This document shows, piece after piece, positions 29,391-39,081 of a stretch of 64,000 nucleotides of DNA (position 1 is its first letter; every line of letters starts with the position of its first letter). The stretch is from an uncultured Planctomycetales bacterium (GTDB lineage Bacteria > Omnitrophota > Gorgyraeia > Gygaellales > Profunditerraquicolaceae): assembly GCA_964545575.1 (NCBI GenBank), contig CAZJFL010000001.1:5742-69741 (forward strand), written 5' to 3'. The notes under the pieces were generated by a model that saw only the letters and a program-made list of their open reading frames with translations, did not search any database and was not told where the DNA came from. Both the position numbers and the translations under genes were made by a program.

Positions 29391-30107
29391 TTATCGTAAA
29401 ATCTCTTTTGCGACGATATGCGATTTGCTATATGCGCTATGCCCAATTTGGCATTCTTTAGGATAAAGGTAAATCGGTTTAATTTTGAATGCGTCGCTGA
29501 TTTTCTTCTGCTTTATCTTTTCTAAAGCGAGCTTTATAAGATTGTGCGGCTTGGGATACCAGTAATCTGCATCCAGAAGAGTTACGCCTTTAGTATTCCT
29601 TAAAATACCTGCCTTATCTAAAGCTATGGCATCTCCCAGCGCCAGCGTATTATTTTTAATCTTTTTAAAAAAAGCATCCGGCGCCACAAGCATATAGCCG
29701 GTGATTCTGGATAACTGAGCGCCTTTTATCCTGTAAATAGCGGCGTATATAAGATTTCTTTTCGCATCTATCATCGGGGCTATGTAGCCAGAGTGGCTAG
29801 CGGCATTAAGCGCTAATAAATCCAGCGTCGGCACCCCCACTACCGCTTTCTTTGTTGCCCAGCTTAAGCCTTTTATAGCGCTTATCCCCACCCGCATCCC
29901 GGTAAAAGAACCCGGCCCGAGGCCTACGGCAAAATAATCGATATCCTCCGGGCGCCACCCTACAGCACCAAGAGCCCTTTTTATGGTGACGCCTAATAAA
30001 ACAGAAAGTCTATTTTCCGCTTTGAGATTATACCCGTATAGCTTGCCGTGCTCGTAAAGCGCCAGGCATAAAAACTTGGTAGAGGTATCAAGAGCTAATA
30101 TCTTCAT
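29391..30107 (-). CDS. tsaB: tRNA t6A biosynthesis protein TsaB (YeaZ)
   Basis: It begins MKILALDTST and has a Kae1-like inactive fold. Confidence 0.8.
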   Translation of the reverse strand: MKILALDTSTKFLCLALYEHGKLYGYNLKAENRLSVLLGVTIKRALGAVGWRPEDIDYFAVGLGPGSFTGMRVGISAIKGLSWATKKAVVGVPTLDLLALNAASHSGYIAPMIDAKRNLIYAAIYRIKGAQLSRITGYMLVAPDAFFKKIKNNTLALGDAIALDKAGILRNTKGVTLLDADYWYPKPHNLIKLALEKIKQKKISDAFKIKPIYLYPKECQIGHSAYSKSHIVAKEILR

Positions 30108-30558
30108 CTATATCCTCTAAAAAATTCCGGTAACGTTTCCCGAAAGCGCTGACCTTAAGCCATCTTTCTGTCTTGGCCTTTATCGTCAATTCTATCTTTA
30201 AAAACTCCGCGGGTAAAAGGTACTTTAGCCTATCCGCCCATTCGATTACCGATACGCCTGCGCCATAAAGATACTCTTCGTAGCCTAAGACTAAGATATC
30301 GCCTGCTGCCCGCAAGCGGTAAAGGTCAAAATGATAAAGCGGTATCTTTGCCCCGGGATACTGGCGGATCAGCACAAAAGAGGGGCTGATAATTTTATCT
30401 CTTTCGATGCCTAACCCTGCGGCGATGCCTTTGGTGAGCACGGTCTTACCTGAACCAAGCTCTCCGAACAGGCAGATTATATCACCTTTTTTAAGATTTT
30501 TGGCGATTTTGGTGCCTATAGCTAATGTCTGCTTTACGGATTTTGAAATTAACTTCAT
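30088..30558 (-). CDS. tsaE: tRNA t6A biosynthesis ATPase TsaE (YjeE)
   Basis: 156 aa with the GELGSGKT Walker A motif. Confidence 0.8.
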   Translation of the reverse strand: MKLISKSVKQTLAIGTKIAKNLKKGDIICLFGELGSGKTVLTKGIAAGLGIERDKIISPSFVLIRQYPGAKIPLYHFDLYRLRAAGDILVLGYEEYLYGAGVSVIEWADRLKYLLPAEFLKIELTIKAKTERWLKVSAFGKRYRNFLEDIDEDISS

Positions 30559-30560
30559 TT

Positions 30561-31457
30561 TTAAAAATGCCTGAAACCCCGGGCGGGGATCGCCCGCTCT
30601 TGCCCTTTTTTATCCACTAACTTTAAACCGTATTTTTCCCCCATGATTTGGCCTATCGGCGTAAAACCAGAAAGCTTCTTTAAGGGAATTTTACGCGCAT
30701 CGCCGGGCGCTAAAGTAAAAAGCAGTTCAAAGTCTTCGCCCATATAAAGCGCCTCGGCAAAATTACGCGCCGCAGGGCTGAGCGGTATCAATTCTTCATA
30801 GAGCGCTGCCCCGGCTTTACTTGCCTCCAGGATATGGGCGAGGTCCTGGGCGAGTCCGTCTGAGATATCAATCATAGCGTTTATTTTAAAATTCTCGGTC
30901 AGAAACTTCGCTTCTTTAAGGCGCGGGGTAAAGCGAAGATGCTTGCCGCGGATAGAACCTCCGAGCTTGCCGGTAGAAAATATAATGTCCCCGTACTTAG
31001 CGCCGCTCCTTAAGACTAAGTTCTTTTTCTTAACCTGCCCCAGCATGCTGACATCAATGGTTAAACGCCCTGCCCGGCTTAAATCCCCTCCCACCAGATT
31101 TATTTTATATTTACGGCAGAGCTCGCGCATCCCTTTAAAAAGTTTATCCGCAAAATCAATTGAGGTTTTTTTAGGCAGGGAGAGAGACACCAGGCAATAA
31201 AGCGGCTTGCCGGCGCAGGCAGCAATATCGCTGGCAGATACCGCTATCGCCTTCCTGCCGATTAAATAGGGTTTTTCCCGGGGGAGAAAATCTACCCCTT
31301 CCACCAGCATGTCGCAGGTAAAGAGGAGGTAATTATTTTTGTCGAATTTGATTACCGCGCAGTCGTCGCCGGAGCCTTTTACGACTGTGGAATCGGTCTT
31401 AATCTGCCTGCGGAACCTCTCAATCAATCCAAACTCGCCTAATTTATTTATTAACAT
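30561..31457 (-). CDS. thiL: thiamine-monophosphate kinase
   Basis: 298 aa with the N-terminal GEFGLI motif of the AIR-synthase-like fold. Confidence 0.75.
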   Translation of the reverse strand: MLINKLGEFGLIERFRRQIKTDSTVVKGSGDDCAVIKFDKNNYLLFTCDMLVEGVDFLPREKPYLIGRKAIAVSASDIAACAGKPLYCLVSLSLPKKTSIDFADKLFKGMRELCRKYKINLVGGDLSRAGRLTIDVSMLGQVKKKNLVLRSGAKYGDIIFSTGKLGGSIRGKHLRFTPRLKEAKFLTENFKINAMIDISDGLAQDLAHILEASKAGAALYEELIPLSPAARNFAEALYMGEDFELLFTLAPGDARKIPLKKLSGFTPIGQIMGEKYGLKLVDKKGQERAIPARGFRHF

Positions 31458-31469
31458 GGGTTAGCAAAG

Positions 31470-32519
31470 TTAAACTCTTATGCTCAATATTTTTTTGATA
31501 TTTTCTCTATATGGCGGCCGGATTATCCCCTTATCCGTAATAATCGCGCTGATTAAATCATGCGGGGTAACATCAAAAGCCGGATTATAGACCTTCACCG
31601 CCTTTGGCGCAACCGGGATTTTGAAAAATAAATGCGTCACTTCATCCGCAGGGCGCTCTTCTATCGGAATATCTTCGCCCCGTTTTATATTTAAATCAAA
31701 AGTAGAGGCCGGAGCTGCTACATAAAAAGGTATCTTATGGCAATAACTTAGGATTGCCAGATTATAAGTGCCGATTTTATTGGCGGTATCCGCATTCAGG
31801 GCGATCCTGTCCGCTCCGACGATAACTTTATCGATTTTACCCTGCCGCATTAAGCTAGCGGCCGCGCTATCGCAGATCAGGGTCGTATCAATGCCGCTTT
31901 TCTTTAATTCCCAGGCTGAGAGGCGCGCGCCCTGCAGCAAAGGCCTGGTTTCAGAAACAAACACTTTGATCTTTTTGCCCTCGGCCCGGGCGCGGTAAAT
32001 TACGCCTAAGGCAGTGCCGTAATCTATCGTGGCTAAGATACCAGCATTGCAGATAGTCAAGATCTTATCGCCGGACTTGATTAATTTTGCCCCGTAATAA
32101 CCTATTCTACGACAGGCAACCCTGTCTTCCTGAATAATCTTCTCTGCTTCCCCTAAAAGCAGTTTTTTTATTTTATCCACCGGTTTATTTTTATTTCTTA
32201 CGGCAACGCTGCGCATCCTCTCTAAACCCCAGAAGAGGTTTCTGGCAGTAGGCCGGGATGAAGAAAGGTATCTGGCTACCCGGCCTAATCCTTTAGCGAA
32301 TCCGGCAAAACCTTTAGCCCTTGAACCTCTGACCCCTAAATAAACGCCCAGGCCTGCGGCCGCACCCAGCGCCGGAGCGCCGCGTATTTTCATCTGTTTT
32401 ATTGCCTGGCGTAAACTTTTTAGATTATCAATATAAATATATTCCAGCTTACCCGGCAGTTTTGTCTGGTCAATCAATTTAATCTTATTATTTTTCCACT
32501 CTATAGTCGCAAGCGTCAT
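31470..32519 (-). CDS. mtnA: S-methyl-5-thioribose-1-phosphate isomerase (eIF-2B-like)
   Basis: The core begins MTLATIEWKNNKIKLIDQTKLP. The ORF track's start at 32582 is an upstream extension that overlaps the TPR gene. Confidence 0.7.
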   Translation of the reverse strand: MTLATIEWKNNKIKLIDQTKLPGKLEYIYIDNLKSLRQAIKQMKIRGAPALGAAAGLGVYLGVRGSRAKGFAGFAKGLGRVARYLSSSRPTARNLFWGLERMRSVAVRNKNKPVDKIKKLLLGEAEKIIQEDRVACRRIGYYGAKLIKSGDKILTICNAGILATIDYGTALGVIYRARAEGKKIKVFVSETRPLLQGARLSAWELKKSGIDTTLICDSAAASLMRQGKIDKVIVGADRIALNADTANKIGTYNLAILSYCHKIPFYVAAPASTFDLNIKRGEDIPIEERPADEVTHLFFKIPVAPKAVKVYNPAFDVTPHDLISAIITDKGIIRPPYRENIKKILSIRV

Positions 32520-33118
32520 CTTAAGTATCTTTCTATTGATTTTATCTGTAATGCCACCTGCTTCCGGATCTCGCGACAGCATCCCGGCTTAAGCAACTGA
32601 AGAACTTTTCTATAAGCTTCCTGCGCTCCCTGATAATCGCAGAGATTGAATAGCGCATCCGCCAGATTATCATAGGTGACTGCTCTCCCGGGCTCCAGCT
32701 CCAGCGCCTTTTTAAAATACCCTATTGCTTCCTGATGCCTGCCGATATTATTCAGCAGCCAGCCTTTGTTATGATAGACGGTAGCGTAATCAGGTTCTAC
32801 CTCTATCCCCTTATCAAAATAATAAAATGCCCCATCGATCACGCCTAACTCTACCATGCACAGTGCCCGGTCATTGTAAGCCGCTCCGTCGGCAGGATTA
32901 TTGTTTATCGCCGCATCAAAGTGCTCTATGGCGCTGGCGAAATTCTCAGCCAGAAGTTCCAACTGGCCTTTAAAATATTCTCTCTCCCCTGCTAAGTTTC
33001 CCGCCTGAGCCTGACTCAGCCCTTCCTTAGCCAAAGCCACCGCCTCTTTATGCGTGCCATAAGTTATCGCTTCATCTAACTTTAACCTAAGCGCAATTAA
33101 ATATCCATTTTTACCCAT
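32516..33118 (-). CDS. tetratricopeptide-repeat protein
   Basis: 200 aa made of TPR-like Ax(4)Yx(2)A helices. Confidence 0.55.
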   Translation of the reverse strand: MGKNGYLIALRLKLDEAITYGTHKEAVALAKEGLSQAQAGNLAGEREYFKGQLELLAENFASAIEHFDAAINNNPADGAAYNDRALCMVELGVIDGAFYYFDKGIEVEPDYATVYHNKGWLLNNIGRHQEAIGYFKKALELEPGRAVTYDNLADALFNLCDYQGAQEAYRKVLQLLKPGCCREIRKQVALQIKSIERYLR

Positions 33119-33142
33119 GGCAAGTATAATAAACTAGGCTGT

Positions 33143-33322
33143 ATTTTTTGTGGGTGGCTTGGCTGTTTTTGAGCGGGGCATCGAGGACGCCGAGCGGGCA
33201 TGGTTCGCCCGCTAAAACTAAGTCAGCGAGAGCGAGGCGCCGCAGATGAGCGCAGTTTTGCCACGCTGGGGCAAAACAAGCGTCCCCGCGAGAAAATAGC
33301 CAAGACAGGACCCACAAAAAAT
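33143..33322. other. GC-rich 180-bp structured element with perfect 13-bp terminal inverted repeats; candidate sRNA (6S-like closing stem) or MITE
   Basis: ATTTTTTGTGGGT at 33143-33155 matches ACCCACAAAAAAT at 33310-33322. Pairing between the ends extends to about 35 bp with internal loops. Internal hairpins GCGGGC-ATGGTTC-GCCCGC and TTTTGCC-ACGCTG-GGCAAAA are present. Confidence 0.35.
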
Positions 33323-33333
33323 CTCATTCATAG

Positions 33334-34452
33334 TTATAACCCTATTAATTTCGCCAATATGCTCTTCTTTACTTTAATCGCTGCCGCCGGGCAGGCCTCC
33401 TGGCAGCAGAAGCAGGAGATACATTTAGAATATTTAAAAACAATCCCCTTGTCTTGCATGCTGATCGCCTGCGTAGGGCAGGCCTGAATGCAGGCCGCGC
33501 AGCGGATACAATTATCGCGCTCGACGCAAGGATAGTATTTAATCAGCGCCTTTGCCAGCTCAATCACCGGCCGCGGTAATTTTTTCGTTATAGAAGTAGA
33601 GGGCAATAAAAACGGCTCGCCGATGGCATCCCGGAGTTTCTCCCCTAAGATTTCAATAGAATTAATATCCGCTGTTCCCAGCCCCCTTGCGGCCGCTTCT
33701 TTAGTGCTTAATACGTCAACCGGGCGGATACCCATAATCAAAGCCAGAATACTATCCAGCGCCACGCAATCAACGCCGGCGAGTAATAAACGGAGCTCGC
33801 GTAACTTTCCGCTAGTGGCCGGGCCATCCCCCTCCATCGCCACAATCCCGTCGATAACAGTCAAAGAGGGCTTGGCTTCCCGGTAAATATCTACCACTAT
33901 CTTTGCAAAATCATGGGCATAAAAATAATTCTTGTGCAGCTCTGTTTTGTAAGTCCCCGGGACCAGTCCGAAAAGATTCTTTATCGCTCCGGTAAGGAGC
34001 GTCAGGTCGTGCGTTTTAAACTTCGGGAGATTAACAAGGTGGTCACAGTTATCCAGCCAGGTAGTCATGGGAAATTTTCCGCGCCAACGCCTTTTATCAA
34101 ACCTTACGAGATCCACGCCTTCTTCTGCGCAAATTCTTTTTACGCCTGAACGCTCGTAAACCTGATCCACATTCTCGACCTGGTTCCCCCAGACGCTGGG
34201 GCCGTCACCGAGTGATATCTGGCAGTTTATTTCTTGCAATAGCTTTATTACCGCGCGCACTACTTCCGGATGCGTATCTATGCCGAATTCCGGCTCCTTG
34301 GCCATCAAAAGGTTAGGCTTGACCAACACCCGGCTCTTGGGTTTGATAAAAGCGGATATTCCGCCTAGCAGCTTGACTGCCTGCCGAACCTTCTCTTGGA
34401 CCAATAAGGGGTCGTAACTGGAACACCTAATCAGGGCAACCTGGGATTTCAT
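33334..34452 (-). CDS. DUF362-domain protein with a C-terminal 2x[4Fe-4S] ferredoxin domain
   Basis: The C-terminus has the two cysteine clusters CIRCAACIQACP and CISCFCCQEACP. Confidence 0.55.
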   Translation of the reverse strand: MKSQVALIRCSSYDPLLVQEKVRQAVKLLGGISAFIKPKSRVLVKPNLLMAKEPEFGIDTHPEVVRAVIKLLQEINCQISLGDGPSVWGNQVENVDQVYERSGVKRICAEEGVDLVRFDKRRWRGKFPMTTWLDNCDHLVNLPKFKTHDLTLLTGAIKNLFGLVPGTYKTELHKNYFYAHDFAKIVVDIYREAKPSLTVIDGIVAMEGDGPATSGKLRELRLLLAGVDCVALDSILALIMGIRPVDVLSTKEAAARGLGTADINSIEILGEKLRDAIGEPFLLPSTSITKKLPRPVIELAKALIKYYPCVERDNCIRCAACIQACPTQAISMQDKGIVFKYSKCISCFCCQEACPAAAIKVKKSILAKLIGL

Positions 34453-35231
34453 TTCAAATTGAAAAACTTCTTGGCGTTATCGGTAGTGACTCCAGCTACT
34501 TCTTCTATACTCATTGCTTTTATCCTGGCAACTTCTTCGGCAAGTAGCTTAACCTGCATCGGTTCGTTTCGCCTGCCCCGGAATCCTTCCGGAGAAAGAA
34601 AAGGCGCGTCTGTTTCTAACATCAAGCTTCCCACAGGGACCAGCCTTACCAGCTCTCTTAGTTTTTCTGCTTTTCTATAAGTAATATTGCAGGTAAAAGA
34701 AATGAGAAAGCCTAAATCCAGACACTCCTTTAAAAACTTTTCATCTCCGGAGAAACAATGCACTACTGCCCTTAGAGGCATGGATTCTTTTAAAATCTTC
34801 AAAGTATCGGCTTCTGCCTGACGATTATGGATTACCAGCGGTAAATTTAAATCTTTGGCTGTTCTAACAAGCGACTCAAAAAGCGGCCTCTGGTTTTGGG
34901 GTTGAGAATAATTCTTACCTTGCCTGCCGGCAGGCAGGAAATAATCCAAGCCGATTTCGCCAATTGCCACCACCTTATTATTTTTAGCTAAATCGCGCAG
35001 GGTTATATCTATATTCTTATCCACTCTATCTGCTTCATGGGGATGTATCCCTACGCTAGCGTATACAGAATCGTATCTTTTAGCCAGGGCGACGGCATCG
35101 CGCGAACCTTTAAGGCTTGAGCCGATATTAACCATATAAGCTACGCCGGCGTCTTCTGCGCGCTGAATAACCGCTTCTCTATCTTGATCAAATTCGGGGA
35201 AGTCTAAATGACAATGTGTATCAGCTAACAT
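34449..35231 (-). CDS. tatD: TatD-family metal-dependent DNase/hydrolase
   Basis: It begins MLADTHCHLD and is 260 aa. Confidence 0.85.
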   Translation of the reverse strand: MLADTHCHLDFPEFDQDREAVIQRAEDAGVAYMVNIGSSLKGSRDAVALAKRYDSVYASVGIHPHEADRVDKNIDITLRDLAKNNKVVAIGEIGLDYFLPAGRQGKNYSQPQNQRPLFESLVRTAKDLNLPLVIHNRQAEADTLKILKESMPLRAVVHCFSGDEKFLKECLDLGFLISFTCNITYRKAEKLRELVRLVPVGSLMLETDAPFLSPEGFRGRRNEPMQVKLLAEEVARIKAMSIEEVAGVTTDNAKKFFNLK

Positions 35232-36723
35232 CTATACGGGGGAATAACGGCTTACCTTTATGGATTTTATCCTGGCCCAACTGTTGAAGTATCGAATCAG
35301 CAGTCTCAGGCATAAACGGCTGGATTTTCAGAGCGACTGCCCTGATTACCTCCACCAGCAAACGGCAGAATGCTTCCAATTCTTTAAGTTTGTTTTCCTT
35401 AGCTAGATTCCATGGCTTAGTCTCTTCTACATATTTATTAGCCATATTGATCAGTTCCCAAATATCCTCAAGCGGCCCGGCAAAGTTAAAACCCGGGCCG
35501 GCTAACCCGGGATTAGCTGCTATTGCCGCATCGAGAGCTTTAATCTTTGCCTCTATGGAGCGCGCCGCGGCATCTGCAGGAAGCGCCTTTTCGGGAATAT
35601 TGCTGGAAAAATATTTTTCAATCATGGTTAAAGTCCTATAGACAAGGTTTCCCAAGTCATTGGCCAAATCAGCGTTAAACCTTTTGATTATCGCCTCTTC
35701 AGAAAAATTGCCGTCTAAGCCAAAAGGCACGTCGCGTAAAAGAAAGTAGCGGTATACATCTATGCCGTATTTATCGACCATCTCAAGCGGCGAGATAACA
35801 TTGCCGCGCGATTTAGACATTTTGCTCTCTCCCACCATCCACCATCCGTGGGCAAACACTGTTTTGGGGAGCTCTATATTTAAGGCATAGAGCATAATCG
35901 GCCAGTAGACGGCATGCTGCCTTAAAATATCTTTGCCGATAAGATGTAAATCCGCCGGCCACCAGCGCGATTTATAATTGCCCTGGGCATCAAAATTTCC
36001 GACGGCGCTGATATAATTTATAAGCGCATCAAACCAGACATAGGTAACGTGGCCCGGGCTAAAAGGCAAAGGTATGCCCCAGCTTAAGCGCTCCTTGGGG
36101 CGGGAGATACAAAGGTCGTTTAATTTGTTCAGCTCTAAAAACCTGGATATCTCTTCGTAGCGGCTGGGCGGTTTGATAAAATCAGGGTGATCCCCGATAT
36201 ATTTAGCCAGCCAATCATGATATTTGGACAACCTGAAGAAAAAGTTTGTCTCGCTGATTTTCTCTAAAGGCCTTTTACAATCCGGGCAAAGCTGATTAAT
36301 AGCCTGGGATTCCAGCCAAAAGGTCTCACAGGGGGTACAATATAAACCATCATATGTATCCTCGTAAATATCCCCTTTTTTATAAAGTATCTCCAGGACC
36401 CTTTGGACAGTGCGGACGTGCCTGTCTTCAGTGGTACGGATAAAATCATCATAAGAGATATTTAATTTCTGCCAGAGGCCCTTAAACTGACCGACCATTT
36501 TGTCGCAGAATTCAGGCGGGTTTAATTTTGCCTCATCAGCCGCCTTCTGGATCTTCTGGCCGTGCTCGTCGGTGCCGGTGAGCAGCCAGACGTTATCCTG
36601 GCCTAAAATACCCCGCATGTAGCGCGCCAGGCAATCCGCCGCAATTGTGGTATAAGAATGCCCTATGTGCGGTGCGGCATTTACGTAATATAAGGGGGTA
36701 GTGATATAAAACTTATTTGCCAT
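35221..36723 (-). CDS. metG: methionine--tRNA ligase (short form)
   Basis: HIGH appears as PHIGHSY and KMSKS is present. Confidence 0.9.
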   Translation of the reverse strand: MANKFYITTPLYYVNAAPHIGHSYTTIAADCLARYMRGILGQDNVWLLTGTDEHGQKIQKAADEAKLNPPEFCDKMVGQFKGLWQKLNISYDDFIRTTEDRHVRTVQRVLEILYKKGDIYEDTYDGLYCTPCETFWLESQAINQLCPDCKRPLEKISETNFFFRLSKYHDWLAKYIGDHPDFIKPPSRYEEISRFLELNKLNDLCISRPKERLSWGIPLPFSPGHVTYVWFDALINYISAVGNFDAQGNYKSRWWPADLHLIGKDILRQHAVYWPIMLYALNIELPKTVFAHGWWMVGESKMSKSRGNVISPLEMVDKYGIDVYRYFLLRDVPFGLDGNFSEEAIIKRFNADLANDLGNLVYRTLTMIEKYFSSNIPEKALPADAAARSIEAKIKALDAAIAANPGLAGPGFNFAGPLEDIWELINMANKYVEETKPWNLAKENKLKELEAFCRLLVEVIRAVALKIQPFMPETADSILQQLGQDKIHKGKPLFPRIDVS

Positions 36724-37516
36724 GCTCTTTTTCTTTATAGTCCATCTCTATCTGCGTTCCGTCTTCCAGCTCCACCGTCGCCGCGCGCTTAAAAACATTG
36801 ACATTGATGACTCTGCCTTTCCCCTGCGGGGTGTGGACATGCTCTCCTTCGCGGGGAAGGCCCTTGGCGAGAAGTTTATAGGTCTCGTATTCAAAATAAA
36901 GGCAGCACATTAATCTCCCGCAGAGCCCCGATATCTTGGGAGGATTCAGCGGCAACCCTTCTTCTTTGGCCATCTTGATGGTGACGGGCTCAAAGTCCTG
37001 CAAAAACTTGGCACAGCAAAGCTCCCTGCCGCAGGAGCCAAACCCTCCGAAAATCTTTGCCTCATCCCGCACCCCTATTTGCCTTAACTCGATCCTGGCT
37101 TTAAAGATCTTGGCTAAGTCTTTAACCAAATTCCTGAAATCGACCCTGCCGGAGGCGGTAAAATAAAAAATGATCTTGGTGCGGTCAAAAGAATACTCCG
37201 CCTGCACCAGCTTCATCTCCAGCTTATGCTCTTCTATTTTCTTAACACAGGTATTGAATGCTTCCTTTTTCTTTGCGCGGTTATCTTCAACCTGTTTAAG
37301 GTCATTTGCTGTGGCCAGGCGCAGGATTTTTTTAAGCGGTTCTTTGGATTCGGCCTCCCTCCCCGCCTCCTTGGGCGAAATAATCTGGCCGTAATCCAGC
37401 CCCCGGTCATGCTCGACTATAACATAATCCCCTTCTTTGGGATCGATTTCCTCAGTAGTATGATAAAAATATGTCTGGCCGGAATCACGAAGTCTGACTA
37501 AGATTTTTCTTTCCAT
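36713..37516 (-). CDS. PSP1/RicT (YaaT) family protein
   Basis: A PSP1 C-terminal domain. It sits upstream of metG, as yaaT-holB-tmk do in Firmicutes. Confidence 0.65.
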   Translation of the reverse strand: MERKILVRLRDSGQTYFYHTTEEIDPKEGDYVIVEHDRGLDYGQIISPKEAGREAESKEPLKKILRLATANDLKQVEDNRAKKKEAFNTCVKKIEEHKLEMKLVQAEYSFDRTKIIFYFTASGRVDFRNLVKDLAKIFKARIELRQIGVRDEAKIFGGFGSCGRELCCAKFLQDFEPVTIKMAKEEGLPLNPPKISGLCGRLMCCLYFEYETYKLLAKGLPREGEHVHTPQGKGRVINVNVFKRAATVELEDGTQIEMDYKEKEHGK

Positions 37517-38466
37517 ACTTGCGCCTTTAAATTAGACAATAACAGTTTAACATTTACGTTCTGCTCCAGATAGAGCAAAGAATCGGCTATCGACCTGAAT
37601 ATCTCCTCCAGCTCAAACCAGCTGTAACGGTGCACTAGCGTCAGTAATTCGTCCCTGCGGTCAAGATTAATCAGCTCGGCGGGCGGTACACCCACCTTCA
37701 TTAAATATATATCCCTGAACCATCCTACCAGCAGGTTCAAATACTGGCGTATATCGCGCCGGGTTTGCGTAGCTAGATTATCCAAGGGCTGGGCCGGCCG
37801 GCCGATAAAAGCATCGATAATCCTGTTCTTCTGCCCTAAGATATCCGCATCCTTGAGCCTTAAAGACCGCCCCGTTCTCCCCTCGGAAAAATAGGCTAAA
37901 AAATGGGCCAAGTGGTTATCCAGAGAATAATCTTTCTTTAAAACAGCTTCTAACTCCGCTCTCTTTAAAACAGAGAATTTGACAGTCTGGCAGCGCGAAA
38001 TTACCGTTTTAAATAATGCCGCCGGTTTTGCGCTTACCAGGATTATCAGGCTGTCTCCCGGAGGCTCTTCCAATACTTTCAAAAGCGCATTCGAGGCCTC
38101 GGCCCCTAGCTTATGCGCGTCGTTGATGATGAAAACCTTAAATTTTCCTTCGTAGGGCCTTAGGCTTATGTTTCTTTTTAGCTCCCGTATGGATTCTATG
38201 CTGATAGATTCCGCATCGGCCCGCTCAATGAGATGCACGTCCGGATGCTCATTTTTATCTATTTTTCGGCAGGAAGGGCAAGCATCGCAGGAATCATCTT
38301 GTTTTAGCAGGCAGTTGACGGCCTTGGCAAATGTCTTTGCTGCCAGGTATTTACCTACTCCTTCGGGCCCGGCGAATAAATACGCGCCCGCTATTCTTTT
38401 AGCCTTTAAATATTCCCGGAGAGTACTTATCGACCTCTCCTGTCCTTTGATATCCTGAAATGCCAT
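37498..38466 (-). CDS. holB: DNA polymerase III delta-prime subunit
   Basis: GPEGVGK Walker A and a CxxC zinc module are present. tmk is adjacent. Confidence 0.75.
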   Translation of the reverse strand: MAFQDIKGQERSISTLREYLKAKRIAGAYLFAGPEGVGKYLAAKTFAKAVNCLLKQDDSCDACPSCRKIDKNEHPDVHLIERADAESISIESIRELKRNISLRPYEGKFKVFIINDAHKLGAEASNALLKVLEEPPGDSLIILVSAKPAALFKTVISRCQTVKFSVLKRAELEAVLKKDYSLDNHLAHFLAYFSEGRTGRSLRLKDADILGQKNRIIDAFIGRPAQPLDNLATQTRRDIRQYLNLLVGWFRDIYLMKVGVPPAELINLDRRDELLTLVHRYSWFELEEIFRSIADSLLYLEQNVNVKLLLSNLKAQVWKEKS

Positions 38467-38469
38467 ACC

Positions 38470-39081
38470 TTAAATAAACTTTACTAGCAGCTTTCTTATA
38501 TTTTCCTGGGTCACTGCCTTATCTCTATCTACTTTAATTATCTTGATCCGCCGCGGATCACGGCGCGCAAGTTTAAGATATCCGTCTCTTACCCGCCGGT
38601 GATAGGCAAGCGGCCTTTCTTCAATACGGTCTTTTCTCCGGCCGCATCTCTCTAGCCCTTTTTCAGCAGGCAGGTCCATCAGTATAGTCAGATCCGGCTT
38701 TAAGCCGCCGGTGACAAAATTTCCGATACGCCGGATAGTTCCGATATCCATGCCTAAAGCGTAACCCTGATAGACAAGCGTAGAATCCAGGAAGCGGTCG
38801 CTGATTACAATAAAACCCCTGGAGAGCGCCGGCTCTATAACCTGGCGTACAACCTGCGCGCGGGCAGCCATATAAAGCAGCATCTCGCATTCCGCTATCA
38901 TAGAACGGTTTCCGGAATCCAGGAGGATATTTCTTATCTTCTCGCTGATCGCGGTTCCGCCCGGCTCACGCAGATAAAGCACTTTACGGTTTTTTCTTTT
39001 TAAATAATTATAAGCCAGCCCCGACTGCGTGCTCTTGCCGCAGCCCTCCGAACCTTCGAAAGTAATGAATATGCCTTTCAT
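38470..39081 (-). CDS. tmk: thymidylate kinase
   Basis: FITFEGSEGCGKST P-loop and DRF motif are present. Confidence 0.85.
   Translation of the reverse strand: MKGIFITFEGSEGCGKSTQSGLAYNYLKRKNRKVLYLREPGGTAISEKIRNILLDSGNRSMIAECEMLLYMAARAQVVRQVIEPALSRGFIVISDRFLDSTLVYQGYALGMDIGTIRRIGNFVTGGLKPDLTILMDLPAEKGLERCGRRKDRIEERPLAYHRRVRDGYLKLARRDPRRIKIIKVDRDKAVTQENIRKLLVKFI

Noticed and set aside
31470-32582. 370-aa mtnA ORF with its N-terminal extension, and similar extensions on lolD (52998), tpsA (26336) and queE (5863)
   Set aside because: The ORF track treats TTG/GTG codons as starts. Conserved N-termini and Shine-Dalgarno positions support the shorter starts that I annotated.
33111-33487. Small ORFs of 68 aa (minus) and 95 aa (plus)
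   Set aside because: They overlap the GC-rich TIR-bounded structured element. Their translations are low-complexity, and structure is the likelier explanation than coding.
38663-38890. 75-aa minus-strand ORF inside tmk
   Set aside because: It is an alternative frame of a confidently assigned thymidylate kinase gene, and its composition is rich in Arg, Gly and Cys.
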